In this document: positions 1-9,692 of the stretch, piece by piece
How the letters are laid out: every line of letters starts with the position of its first letter
Position numbering within the stretch: the stretch's first letter is position 1
Virus record (IMG/VR): IMGVR_UViG_3300025828_000014
Strand: one strand, 5' to 3'
Length of the DNA: 64,000 nt
Source: a virus
Made by a program: the position numbers and the translations under genes
The notes under the pieces: model-generated
What the model saw: the letters and a program-made list of their open reading frames with translations, nothing else
Database searches by the model: none
What the model was told of the DNA's origin: nothing

Positions 1-653
1 ATCTTATCATCCGGATCAAACATATCTTGCGATGCATATGTATGGTTAGTTGCAACTAGTCCAACGTTGTGTGAACCAAACATGTTTACACAATTACGGA
101 CCAATGCAGTAAGTGCCTTGGGCTTTCTACCCATGTCACCTTTCATGTCACCTTTGCTAAACTGATCAACATCAGTAGGTGTCAACAACATACCTAAACT
201 ATCAATAACAAATAATACTTTAGGACGATCGTCTTCATCCATGCTTTTGTAATCTGCCATAAATGTTGATACTGTTTTAGCAACGTCATCGATCATTGAC
301 ATGTTTAGTTTAAGTAGTTTGCTCTCAGATGTATCTACATCAAGAGCTTGCAACCATGCTTCGTCTAATGCATTTTCGCTGTCAATAAGAACAACAAAAA
401 TACCTTGATCTTGTGCATGTTTTACAATATTTCCAGAACAAAAGTAACTTTTACCTGCGCCACTTTCTCCTGCAAAAACAGACACTTTACCTAGTGGAAT
501 ACCTTTTTTAAAGTCTCCACTAATTAAATAGTTAAGTGCATAAGAACCTGTGCTGATCCAATCTGTTGGATCATTAAAGCCTGCACTCATACCAGTGATA
601 CTCTTTGTAAGTTGTGTCCTAAACTTACTAGGATCAAAAGATTTTGTAGCCAT
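1..653 (-). CDS. uvsX: UvsX/RecA-like recombinase (runs off window start)
   Basis: Not in ORF track. Manual translation from ATG at 653: MATKSFDPSKFRTQL...STGSYALNYLISGDFKKGIPLGKVSVFAGESGAGKS (Walker A)...LFVIDSLG (Walker B); AGGAGG SD upstream. Confidence 0.93.
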   Translation of the reverse strand, partial: MATKSFDPSKFRTQLTKSITGMSAGFNDPTDWISTGSYALNYLISGDFKKGIPLGKVSVFAGESGAGKSYFCSGNIVKHAQDQGIFVVLIDSENALDEAWLQALDVDTSESKLLKLNMSMIDDVAKTVSTFMADYKSMDEDDRPKVLFVIDSLGMLLTPTDVDQFSKGDMKGDMGRKPKALTALVRNCVNMFGSHNVGLVATNHTYASQDMFDPDDK

Positions 654-677
654 ACATACCTCCTAAAAAGCGTAAAG

Positions 678-713
678 GCTGTAGACTTGTTTACTAAAAA
701 ACAAGCCTACAGC
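678..713 (-). terminator. 15-bp stem-loop between gp32 and uvsX (terminator or mRNA stabiliser)
   Basis: Minus strand GCTGTAGGCTTGTTT-TTTAGT-AAACAAGTCTACAGC with one G-U pair; only a short U tail. Confidence 0.6.
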
Positions 714-720
714 GTTGTTT

Positions 721-1701
721 TTACTGATTTTGACGTGCTCTGATCATTGCAAGAATGTCGCTTGCGCCGCCTGCAGATTCAGCAGGTGCTGCTGCTGGAG
801 CAGGTGCTGCTTCTGCTGCTGCTTCTTCAGTTGACTTAAAAGGAATGTCATCTTCTACTGGAGAAGGTGTTGGTGCTGCTGGTGCTTGTGCTACTGGGTC
901 ACCTGTTCGTGCAGCCATTCCGCTAGGACGGAAATAATTGCTCCAACGATCTGGATCATATACTTCACCGTCTACACTTGCTTCAAACATTTCAGTAAGA
1001 ACTTTAAGCTCAACTTCGCCTGGTTTTTTAGGAAGGAAGTCGTTTAGATTAAACAGACCGTGTGTGTTTACTGCTGCCATCTCTGCATCACCTAGTGGAC
1101 GCTCTCTACGTGCCCAATTACTTGCGCCATAATCTGCATAACCGCCTTTGGTTCCTTTTGACAAACGGAAATCTACACCAGCAGTATAATCTGTTGGTAG
1201 TTCTTCCATATCAGGATCCATTAGTGCTGCTTTGATTAATTGGAAAATTTGTGGACCAATGATGAATCTACGAATGGGATTCTCTGGTTGAGAATCTTCT
1301 TTTAATGGATCATCTACAACAAAACCTTGGAAGATGTAAGAACGCTTTTTCCAATACTTACGACCCATGTCTTCAAGACTTGGATCTTTGAACCAACCAC
1401 GCACCTCTTGTAGGATTGGGCAAGATTCACCATACATTTCCATACATGGAACTTGCACTTGAACTGGGCGTGAACTTGTATCGCCTTTTACACCCGCAAA
1501 TGGAAGTTTGATCATCAAACGTTCTTTCCAGAAGAAAGTGTTTGATGCATCGCCATCAGGCAAGAAACGCAACGTTGCAGTGTCGCCTTCTTTCATATTC
1601 CAAAATGGGTAAATTGCGTTGTCGCCGCCGCTTGAACTTGTGCCTGATGCACGGTTCTCTTGTTCTTTTAGTTTTGCTCTAATTTCAGCTAATGATGCCA
1701 T
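721..1701 (-). CDS. gp32: Single-stranded DNA-binding protein, T4 gp32-like
   Basis: IYPFW..LRFLPD..FW..CPI..YWKKRSY motifs, acidic/Ala-rich tail, next to uvsX. Confidence 0.92.
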   Translation of the reverse strand: MASLAEIRAKLKEQENRASGTSSSGGDNAIYPFWNMKEGDTATLRFLPDGDASNTFFWKERLMIKLPFAGVKGDTSSRPVQVQVPCMEMYGESCPILQEVRGWFKDPSLEDMGRKYWKKRSYIFQGFVVDDPLKEDSQPENPIRRFIIGPQIFQLIKAALMDPDMEELPTDYTAGVDFRLSKGTKGGYADYGASNWARRERPLGDAEMAAVNTHGLFNLNDFLPKKPGEVELKVLTEMFEASVDGEVYDPDRWSNYFRPSGMAARTGDPVAQAPAAPTPSPVEDDIPFKSTEEAAAEAAPAPAAAPAESAGGASDILAMIRARQNQ

Positions 1702-1761
1702 AGTTATGCCTCCTTATAATTGCCTATGCATTTGTGCCTAAGTGTGTAGCACATAATAGTT

Positions 1762-1790
1762 ATACTACACAATCTATTTATCATTGTCAA
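1762..1790 (-). promoter_or_regulatory. Sigma70-type promoter of gp32 with nested late TAAATA box
   Basis: Minus strand TTGACA-17nt-TAGTAT; TAAATA at 1775-1780. Confidence 0.7.
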
Positions 1791-1826
1791 GTGTTTTTTT
1801 GACAATAATATTAAAAAGTTAGCCGA

Positions 1827-3773
1827 TTAACTTAAACCGGCTAACGATTTTAATCTATCTAGTGCGCCTGGTTTTTTTGGTTCTTGTGCTTTTGGTAGCT
1901 CTGCTGATTTTTCAGTGTCTTGTGCTGCCATACGTTTTTTGTCTCTGACAAGTTCCATATACTTAGCACCGTCAGTAGCAATTAAGTCTAATTTTTCTGC
2001 GTCTGCGCTTGCTCGTTTACCATGACCTAATGGATATGTTCTTTTCACTTCCATTGTAGTTGGATCATACAATACGATGCTATTTCTGTATAATTCAAAT
2101 TGTGAACGTTCGCCAATTTCGCCTTGTTTAGCCAGTTCAGTTTCTGGATAGCGGCTGTTTGCCGTTTCTTCAGCCTTTTTGTGTGCTATAGTAGTTTCTA
2201 CTTTTTTCATAAATTTAGCAGCCGGTTCAACATATTGCTCGCCGTATTGCTTTTCTACCATGGTTAATACTGCTGTTTCGCCTTTAGGAAATGTTCCGTT
2301 TTCTCTATCAAAGTAAGATAGAATGAACTCTCCAATTGGTAATTCTGGTTGTTGAGGTTGATCCATTGGTTCCATGCCTTGTGGGCCTACTTTGACATCC
2401 ATTGTATCATCGTCTGATTCTTTTTTATCTTTATTACAATCACAGTGTTCGCATGTTGGAGCACATGTGCAATCTTCTGCTTTTACGTCTGCACCACAGC
2501 AATCGTCTGAGCAATACCCTGGTTTTGCTTTTGCTTCGTTTACTTCTTCAGCAAACTGACCCATTAGTTTATCAATTGCTAATTCTACAATTCTATTGTA
2601 GTCAACTTTGTTTGTTGATTCAAATGCATCAGGAACACCATTGCCGTCTGCGTCTCTCCACCACGAACCAGTTTCGTCATGAGAATCATGTGAACAATCA
2701 CATCCTGGTTTACAGTTGTGCATTTGGCATCCGCAGTCTTTACAATGATATTCTTTATAGCCTTTCATATAGCCTTCGTCTAATATATCATCTAAGTCAA
2801 TTGTTTCTACTACGCTTGTGCCTACTAAATTATAAATGTATGGAAACACATCTTTTAATTCTTCGTTAAACTGCTTGATAGTAAGTTGATCAACCCATGC
2901 ATCAGATACATTGGTTGGAACTTCTTCCATGACAGCAACTTCATAGTTTTCACTTGCTTCTTTGTAATAGCCTGGTTTTTGTAAGTTTTGTATTTCTTGT
3001 CTTACTTCTTTGATACGCCCTTTTACAATATCTGTGTAGCCTTCTAATGTTTCTGCCATTACACTACTGCGATTCATGTATTGGCTAAACTTGCGCAATT
3101 TAGACATTTCTTCTGACAAACCGGAGATGTATTTGCCAAAGTCGTCATACATATGACCGCCTTCGTTTACATGTAATGCCATTGCTCTTGCACCAGCTAA
3201 ATGCTTGTATGGATATTTAAATCTTTCACCTGTTGGTGATTCAATATAAATTGAGCCAATTTTGCTGGTTCTGCTATTAGAACTTTCTACATTGATTGGA
3301 GCAGAATGCTTGATTGCTATTCTTGCCTTTCCAATTTTTTGATAACTTCTTGTTTCGTTACCATACATTTTAGATTCTGACATTGTATTTTCTCCGGGGC
3401 GATTTTGCGCTAAGTATTCATAATCTCTTTTGTCTAGGTTTGATTTGTTAATATCTCTAACGTCAAATTTAAGCATACGTTTTTTGGCAAAATATCTTAA
3501 TTCTTTTAAAAAATTATACCAATCATCTTGTATTGCTTCTACTTGATTTAACACTAAATCTTTTGCAACAATTACTGTTACGCCATTTTCTTCGTCTAAC
3601 GATACACTTACTTTGCCCAATTCATTGCCTTGAGCGTTGTAACTGAACTCAAAAAACCTTGCATCCTCAGGTATATTTGTTACATTACCATTTTCGTCAC
3701 CAATGGTAACGTCGGTAAAACGTCCTCTAATTTTATTGAACATATCAGATGCAAATGTTTTAAACTTATTCAT
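1827..3773 (-). CDS. Hypothetical 648-aa protein, probable head-internal/prohead protein with Cys-rich inserts
   Basis: Late TAAATA box upstream; LxE-type candidate protease sites; C-terminal LKSLAGL similar to scaffold C-terminus; position beside terminase. Confidence 0.6.
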   Translation of the reverse strand: MNKFKTFASDMFNKIRGRFTDVTIGDENGNVTNIPEDARFFEFSYNAQGNELGKVSVSLDEENGVTVIVAKDLVLNQVEAIQDDWYNFLKELRYFAKKRMLKFDVRDINKSNLDKRDYEYLAQNRPGENTMSESKMYGNETRSYQKIGKARIAIKHSAPINVESSNSRTSKIGSIYIESPTGERFKYPYKHLAGARAMALHVNEGGHMYDDFGKYISGLSEEMSKLRKFSQYMNRSSVMAETLEGYTDIVKGRIKEVRQEIQNLQKPGYYKEASENYEVAVMEEVPTNVSDAWVDQLTIKQFNEELKDVFPYIYNLVGTSVVETIDLDDILDEGYMKGYKEYHCKDCGCQMHNCKPGCDCSHDSHDETGSWWRDADGNGVPDAFESTNKVDYNRIVELAIDKLMGQFAEEVNEAKAKPGYCSDDCCGADVKAEDCTCAPTCEHCDCNKDKKESDDDTMDVKVGPQGMEPMDQPQQPELPIGEFILSYFDRENGTFPKGETAVLTMVEKQYGEQYVEPAAKFMKKVETTIAHKKAEETANSRYPETELAKQGEIGERSQFELYRNSIVLYDPTTMEVKRTYPLGHGKRASADAEKLDLIATDGAKYMELVRDKKRMAAQDTEKSAELPKAQEPKKPGALDRLKSLAGLS

Positions 3774-3786
3774 AGTAAAGTATTTA

Positions 3787-5373
3787 TCAATAGTTGCTGC
3801 TAACGAAGATAGGCATTGGCATTTCGTAATCTTCGTCTATAGAGGATTCCATTTGTGTGAAACTATTATAGATTGATGGATCCCAATCTTTCATCACTCC
3901 AATCATACGTAATGCAAGTAACATACTGCTAATCAAATCGTCAGTTGCACCCGGTTTTGCTTGATAGCTACTTCCTGTTGCAACAAATGTTTTGAGTTCA
4001 CTTATAAATGGCTTGCTATGTATTTTTAATTTTTCATTTTCAATCATAGTTTTCATTCTTGCACATGCAGTGACTTTTGCACTATGAGTTGTATTAAACC
4101 CTTTACGAAACTTGCGCACATGACCTTTGCGTATAGGTTCGCTTATAAACAGTCCTGGAATATTTTCTTCGCCTAAATCTTGAATGACAAGTAGTGCAGC
4201 TTCTCCAAGACCGTTGTTTTCAACGCTCCAATAAATTCCATTATCGTCATGTCTTTCTGTTTCTAAGTATGTGCATATGTCTTTAAGCACACGAATTTGT
4301 CCTGGTATACTGGTTGTATTATGCTGCCATTCAGCTACTTGTTCATAACTTGGTAACTCTACAACTTGTATAGCGGCATTATCTCCTCCAGTGCCCATAC
4401 TTGGATCTAGTGCTACAGCGTAATTTTTTCCTGGTTCTGGTTTTTTATACCAACGTGTTTGTCCCATGTTTATTACAGGAGAAACACCTTCCATTACAGT
4501 AAGGTGCAAACTACTAATTAAAGTTTCATCAAATACTAAAAATTCACAGCCATATTCACGTCTAAATTTTTCTTCACCAATACGCCCAATTTCTTCTGCT
4601 TTCCATTTATCGTCACGATCAGGATGTTCCCACCAGTCTGCCCTAAATGCATGAAATCCGTTTATACCAACATTATTTTCATTACCGTATTCGTCAAATT
4701 TATCTTCTGCTTGTTTCCAAATAGTAGCAAAAGTATCTTCGTCTGAGTTAGGTGTGCTAGTAATAATAGCACGACCACCTGTTGCTAGAGTAGGAGATAT
4801 TGAAGTCCAAAACTCTTCCGCAATGTTAGGTTGCACAAACGCAAACTCGTCACAGTATAGTAAGGAAATAGATAAACCACGTCCTGTATTACCTGTAGTG
4901 GTTTGGCTAATAATACGTGATCCGTTTTCAAATTCTATGCTGCCTTTGTTATAACTTGTAACACCTGCACGGATGTAGTTTGGACAGGTTTCGTATACAT
5001 ATCTAATACGTTGCATGATTTCTTGAGCACCTGTGTATTTGTGTGCTGCAATAAGAATAGTTTGATCTGGATTAAACATAGCATACCAACACAAATAGAT
5101 ACTTGCACATGTAGTCTTTCCTGTTTGTCTAGGCATCATATTAATATTAAATCTAAAATTATGATAACTTTCTAATAATCCTAATTGATACTCATATGGG
5201 TCAAAAAGTAATTGTCCTTTTACAGGATGTTGTATATGAGCAAAGTGTTCTGCAAAATACAAATATCCATCATCAGGATCCATACACTTTAGTAAGTGTT
5301 CTACTTGTGCTTCTGTAAATGTTTCTTGTTTGTTGGCTTTTTTAATTAATACGCCGTCTAATGATGTTGCCAT
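3787..5373 (-). CDS. gp17: Terminase large subunit
   Basis: PRQTGKTT Walker A, LLYCDEFAF Walker B, ITSTPN, nuclease ALDPSMGTGGD and DDL motifs. Confidence 0.97.
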   Translation of the reverse strand: MATSLDGVLIKKANKQETFTEAQVEHLLKCMDPDDGYLYFAEHFAHIQHPVKGQLLFDPYEYQLGLLESYHNFRFNINMMPRQTGKTTCASIYLCWYAMFNPDQTILIAAHKYTGAQEIMQRIRYVYETCPNYIRAGVTSYNKGSIEFENGSRIISQTTTGNTGRGLSISLLYCDEFAFVQPNIAEEFWTSISPTLATGGRAIITSTPNSDEDTFATIWKQAEDKFDEYGNENNVGINGFHAFRADWWEHPDRDDKWKAEEIGRIGEEKFRREYGCEFLVFDETLISSLHLTVMEGVSPVINMGQTRWYKKPEPGKNYAVALDPSMGTGGDNAAIQVVELPSYEQVAEWQHNTTSIPGQIRVLKDICTYLETERHDDNGIYWSVENNGLGEAALLVIQDLGEENIPGLFISEPIRKGHVRKFRKGFNTTHSAKVTACARMKTMIENEKLKIHSKPFISELKTFVATGSSYQAKPGATDDLISSMLLALRMIGVMKDWDPSIYNSFTQMESSIDEDYEMPMPIFVSSNY

Positions 5374-5387
5374 AGCAATATTTATTC

Positions 5388-5414
5388 AAAAAAATAGCGC
5401 CAACAGGCGCTATT
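5388..5414 (-). terminator. Rho-independent terminator
   Basis: AATAGCGCC-4nt-GGCGCTATT followed by a T run on the minus strand. Confidence 0.8.
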
Positions 5415-5434
5415 GAAGTATCTGGGGGGATGAG

Positions 5435-5920
5435 TTATTTCTTAAACTGCGGAGGCATTTTGCCTTTTTTTGCTTTTTTATCTTTGATGGCTTTTTTCAT
5501 TGGTTCTTTTTTATCGCCATCTTTGTCCATATCTAAGAAGTCTGGTTTTGCTTTTTTTTCTTCTAATGCTTGCCATAAACGATCTTTGATTGATTCCATT
5601 GCCATTGGATTATCGCCTTGGCTTGCTGGTGGATACATAGTTTTCTTTTTATGCAAGTCATCACCGCTTGGTAGCACATCGTCAAGATCCATATATTCTT
5701 CTTCTGGCTCGTTGTCATATTCTTCAACTTCTTCTTCTTGTGCTTCAGCATTTTGCACCATTTGTAGTGCTTGAAGTAGTTGTGCCATTTGTTCTGCATC
5801 GTTTAATGCAATGTTAATACTTGGTTGTTGACCCATTTGTCCATCAGCTTCCGGAGGACATTCTGCAACTGATTTTTCAACTGCATCAAAGTTTCTTAAG
5901 ATATCTAACATATTGCTCAT
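5435..5920 (-). CDS. Hypothetical acidic/basic protein, probable prohead core or internal protein
   Basis: Acidic middle, Lys-rich C-terminus with PDFLDMDKDGDKKE (DxDxDG loop). Confidence 0.55.
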   Translation of the reverse strand: MSNMLDILRNFDAVEKSVAECPPEADGQMGQQPSINIALNDAEQMAQLLQALQMVQNAEAQEEEVEEYDNEPEEEYMDLDDVLPSGDDLHKKKTMYPPASQGDNPMAMESIKDRLWQALEEKKAKPDFLDMDKDGDKKEPMKKAIKDKKAKKGKMPPQFKK

Positions 5921-5922
5921 AA

Positions 5923-6471
5923 TTAGCTCCCTATTGTGCTTTTGTTATTTTGTGGATCTTCTTTTGTTGTTTCCATTTTAAATCCATCTTGTGCATCTGC
6001 TCTTTCTTTACGTGCAGTTTCTAATTCTTTTAGCAAATCCATAATACGTGATTCGCCTGCTTGGTCCTGTGCAGAAACGCCTTCTAACTCTTCTTTGGTT
6101 AACATAGGCTCATACGGACCATCATCTTTTTTCTCTTGATATTCTTCTCTTGGATCGGTAGGACTTCTTACAATGATATGACTTTGTTCAATACCGCAAC
6201 AGTTTCCAATATATTCTTGAATATAGTCTGGGGTGCTTGGATACTGTAATTCTGCTTCATAGTAATACACTTCGCAGTTTTCCAATTGTGGAAAGTCTAG
6301 TGGACGCTCTTGAATCGGAGTTTTCTTTGGCGCTGACAAACTTTTTACAGCATATTTTTCAAGGCATTTTTTAAGATTTTCTTCACACTTGTCAGGAAGT
6401 TCTCCTGCAATGCCAATTTTAAATGGATACACTTTATGTGTTTCTGTTAGATATTCTGTAAAACTTTTCAT
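5923..6471 (-). CDS. Hypothetical head-associated protein with capsid-targeting-like N-terminus
   Basis: MKSFTEYLTE resembles T4 internal-protein capsid targeting sequence (MKTYQEFIAE); late promoter at 6492-6497. Confidence 0.55.
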   Translation of the reverse strand: MKSFTEYLTETHKVYPFKIGIAGELPDKCEENLKKCLEKYAVKSLSAPKKTPIQERPLDFPQLENCEVYYYEAELQYPSTPDYIQEYIGNCCGIEQSHIIVRSPTDPREEYQEKKDDGPYEPMLTKEELEGVSAQDQAGESRIMDLLKELETARKERADAQDGFKMETTKEDPQNNKSTIGS

Positions 6472-6490
6472 TGTAATTTTCCTATATAAC

Positions 6491-6988
6491 TTATTTATCT
6501 TTATCTAGCCCTTTAAGACGTTCTAACAAGCTATTTCTGTCTGTGACTACATAGCCTTCGCCTTCGGTCATTCCGGTAGGACTAGCAAAATTATCTCTAT
6601 CCATTTTTTCTTTTTTAAGTTGTAGTTCTACCATTTTAAGTTTTTTATCTAATTTTGCAACTTTAGCATCAAGGTTTGTTTTAAGCATAGTGCCTGCAAC
6701 TTCAAATACTCTACCACTGTAACGGCTTTCAACATTCATACCGAGGTCCATTAAATCTTCATATGCTTGCATTGCTTTTTCAGATACTTCGTTGAGTTCT
6801 GCATCTGCTAATTCGCCTAAACCTTTTACCTGCGGTAGTGCAGCTTCAATTTTATCTAAGTCAGCAATATCTCTCACAGTATCTTGATGTGCTGCAGGCA
6901 CAGATTGTGTTTTTTCTTCTTCAATTATTTCTTTAGAATCAGGTAAATTTAACAAATCTTCAAGTTTTTTAGTCATAATAGTTTCCAT
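6491..6988 (-). CDS. gp16: Terminase small subunit, gp16-like
   Basis: Helical core AYEDLMDLG..SGRVFEVAGTMLK, coiled coil, C-terminal VTDRNSLLERL; near gp17. Confidence 0.7.
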   Translation of the reverse strand: METIMTKKLEDLLNLPDSKEIIEEEKTQSVPAAHQDTVRDIADLDKIEAALPQVKGLGELADAELNEVSEKAMQAYEDLMDLGMNVESRYSGRVFEVAGTMLKTNLDAKVAKLDKKLKMVELQLKKEKMDRDNFASPTGMTEGEGYVVTDRNSLLERLKGLDKDK

Positions 6989-7017
6989 TAAATACTACTA
7001 TTATTTAGTATAAAATA

Positions 7018-7452
7018 TTATCCTCTTCTTCCTGTATGAAAGATATCATTTTCAGTAACTACTCTAAAGCGTATTTTATTTTGTTTACAATATGCATTTG
7101 CAGCTGACCATTTTGCTTGATTTAACAAATAATGTGCTCTATTATTTTTGCTTGTAGCTTTTTCTTGAACTGTTTGATTAAACGGTTTGACTTCTATTAA
7201 TTCAACATGCTTTTTACTGTTTGCATCTGTGTATACAATAAAAAAGTCAGGCACATATATAGTTTGTTTTCCAGTAAATGGATTTCGATAAGGTATTTTT
7301 ACTGCTTCACTTGCCCATTTTTCTACACTTGGATGTTCATCGCAAAAACGCATGAATGCAAACTCCCAACTACTACGATAAGTTGGTGTTCTATTTGACA
7401 TATATTTTTCAGGGTTTTTTAGATTATATTTTCCTTGAGCATATTTGGCCAT
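7018..7452 (-). CDS. gp4: Head completion nuclease (gp4, TnsA-like PD-(D/E)xK)
   Basis: QGKY..NPEKY..YRSSWE..WASE..YVPDF..IEVKP..NQAKWSAA..FRVVTE. Confidence 0.9.
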   Translation of the reverse strand: MAKYAQGKYNLKNPEKYMSNRTPTYRSSWEFAFMRFCDEHPSVEKWASEAVKIPYRNPFTGKQTIYVPDFFIVYTDANSKKHVELIEVKPFNQTVQEKATSKNNRAHYLLNQAKWSAANAYCKQNKIRFRVVTENDIFHTGRRG

Positions 7453-7817
7453 TATACTATGATGTTTCTTGCTGTTAAATTCTCTGCACTGTTATTGATT
7501 TTTTTCACACCAATTTTGCTAATTTTTGATCTATTAGCATTTAGTATAGCTGTAATTAAATCAGTAAGTTTAATTCTGTCAAGTGTTTTAATATCTTCTA
7601 AAAGTTCCATAATATTTACACCATCAACTTTAGCTTGTGTCAACAACACACTTGCAACACTTTGAGCAGCAGTAGTTTCAAATCCACGTGATTGAAAAAA
7701 TCCAACAACAGCATCTACTGAATTACTTGGAAAACTTATTGATTTTTTGTTTTGATTACTGAAAACTTCTCTAGTTTCTACTAAAGAGTCTTGTAGTATT
7801 TGTTGAATTTCTGTCAT
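7452..7817 (-). CDS. Hypothetical protein
   Basis: Open frame tightly coupled to neighbours in the late operon. Confidence 0.6.
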   Translation of the reverse strand: MTEIQQILQDSLVETREVFSNQNKKSISFPSNSVDAVVGFFQSRGFETTAAQSVASVLLTQAKVDGVNIMELLEDIKTLDRIKLTDLITAILNANRSKISKIGVKKINNSAENLTARNIIV

Positions 7818-7819
7818 AA

Positions 7820-8905
7820 TTAAAATACCTTAGGTCGTGCGTTTGTAACACCTCTAGAGGATGCTGCACTTGTAAAATTTGCATTGCCAACAGCATCAAC
7901 TAATAAATTTTCTCCCCCAGCAATTACTTCAGACACAAGACTACTAAAACTTAAATTCCTTGCGTTTCTAAAAGTATTAGCACCAGTAATTAGAGCACCT
8001 AAAACATTACCTTGCTGGAGATTGTTAATGGTAGCAGTTGTTCCTGCTAACACACCTCCAGTTCCAAAAAAACTACTTGAGCCGCCGCCGTTTATACTCA
8101 AAGGACTAGGTGAGGTGTCGTATCTTGAATCTCCAAATCCTGCCGGCACTACACCTACATCAGTGAAGTTTCTGTCCATAATGACTGCTTCATAACTGAA
8201 TCTCATTGAGTTTGAACTAAACGCTGTAGATGCTGTATCAGCTTGCTGATGATCCCAACTGTCTACTAGAGGATTAATATATGTAAAACTTGTGTTTGTT
8301 GGTTTGCCATCTTGTGGGTGCAATTGAAAAACTTGTATGCTTGTAAAAAAATTATTAACTTTACCAGGTCTATCCAAACCAAATTTATAGTTTTGAAAAA
8401 CACTTCCTGTTCCATAGCCGGTGTTTCTGCCTGCTTCTCTTAGATATGCAGGATCTCCTATTTCGGGACTAGTTCCATTTGATGTTGTATGAGTAGCATC
8501 ACTGAAATAATAATTAAAATAACTTTGCCATAAAAAATTACTTATACCAGCATTATCATCATGCCATTCCATGCTAACTGGAGAGTATTCAACTCCTGTT
8601 TGCGTGACTTTTTTCCTATTATACTGGTTTAGTGTTGTTGTAGAAATATTATAGGTTGGTAAGTCGATTCTTTTACAAAGTAAATTTATTTCTCTTTTTA
8701 CTGAATTGTTAAATGTTCCAAAATTACTTAGAGTTATTTGTGGATTAATATTTAAAACTACATGAAATAAGTTTTCGTTTTTTGGAGCAAGACGCATGTT
8801 TCCGTCTACAAAAACATTAGATGCGTGAGAATAGTCTCCTAAATTACCTTTAGGACTTAACGCACCTTTAATTAAATTATCAAAAAAACCACTGAATATT
8901 GCCAT
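7820..8905 (-). CDS. Tail-tube-like baseplate protein (gp54/gp19 paralog)
   Basis: LLCKRIDLP..LNQYNRKK..YSPVSMEWHDD..MRFSYE tube-fold motifs; next to gp19. Confidence 0.7.
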   Translation of the reverse strand: MAIFSGFFDNLIKGALSPKGNLGDYSHASNVFVDGNMRLAPKNENLFHVVLNINPQITLSNFGTFNNSVKREINLLCKRIDLPTYNISTTTLNQYNRKKVTQTGVEYSPVSMEWHDDNAGISNFLWQSYFNYYFSDATHTTSNGTSPEIGDPAYLREAGRNTGYGTGSVFQNYKFGLDRPGKVNNFFTSIQVFQLHPQDGKPTNTSFTYINPLVDSWDHQQADTASTAFSSNSMRFSYEAVIMDRNFTDVGVVPAGFGDSRYDTSPSPLSINGGGSSSFFGTGGVLAGTTATINNLQQGNVLGALITGANTFRNARNLSFSSLVSEVIAGGENLLVDAVGNANFTSAASSRGVTNARPKVF

Positions 8906-8940
8906 ATTGTATTTATCACTTATTTAAACTGCGTATAAAA

Positions 8941-8976
8941 TAAAAAGGAGTATATATTTCTATATACTCCTTTATT
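8941..8976. terminator. Bidirectional hairpin terminator after tail tube gene
   Basis: AAAAGGAGTATATA-tttc-TATATACTCCTTTT. Confidence 0.75.
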
Positions 8977-9001
8977 ATAATAGCAATCTGTATTTTAAGT
9001 A

Positions 9002-9625
9002 TCAGCCACCGCCTGTGACGTTTGTGCCTAACGATCTGCCTACTAATGTTCCAACACCTGTGTTTTCAGGAGTTTGAATTGCATTGTCGTATTGAATACT
9101 TAATGTAATATTTACTGGTTCGTTGTTTGCATAAGCAAGTGAGTTATAGTTTGCTTCAGTAATAAAACAACCATAACATTCCCAAGTCTCTAAAACATTC
9201 ACGCCAAGTGCACCATTTCCGCCATCTAATATTTCGATGCGAGTGACGAATTTGTAATCCTGTCCTGAGTTTGCACTTGCTTGTTCCATAAAGTCAAACT
9301 GTTTCTGTAATTGTTCACCAACTAGTTTTTGCACATTGTTGTTTACGTCTTCACGTAGATTTAAACTCAATGGACTCCATGTGTGTTTACCAGCTAGATA
9401 AACTTTACTGTTATAGATTGGTATTTCCATGTTTTCAAATGTTAGCGTAGGACGAGTTATATCCATAACTTGTTTTGTTAACTCTGTAGTTGGAGTTGAT
9501 ACGCCAAAATTTTCAAGTGTAACACGGAAACGATATTGCAGTTTTGGCATTAACAAACCTTGACTGCTTGCGCTGTCATTTGTTGCTAATGGAACTGTTA
9601 ATTTTGATAATGATGAGATTGCCAT
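9002..9625 (-). CDS. gp19: Tail tube protein
   Basis: PKLQYRFRV..RP..YLAGKHTW..ETWECYGCF..ISIQYDNA-like motifs; directly downstream of sheath. Confidence 0.88.
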   Translation of the reverse strand: MAISSLSKLTVPLATNDSASSQGLLMPKLQYRFRVTLENFGVSTPTTELTKQVMDITRPTLTFENMEIPIYNSKVYLAGKHTWSPLSLNLREDVNNNVQKLVGEQLQKQFDFMEQASANSGQDYKFVTRIEILDGGNGALGVNVLETWECYGCFITEANYNSLAYANNEPVNITLSIQYDNAIQTPENTGVGTLVGRSLGTNVTGGG

Positions 9626-9657
9626 TTATTACTCCTATTCACAAGTATTTATCATTT

Positions 9658-9683
9658 GTAGGGGATTATCAAAAACCCCCTAC
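9658..9683 (-). terminator. Hairpin after sheath gene
   Basis: GTAGGGG...CCCCTAC inverted repeat. Confidence 0.5.
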
Positions 9684-9692
9684 TTTATGATA

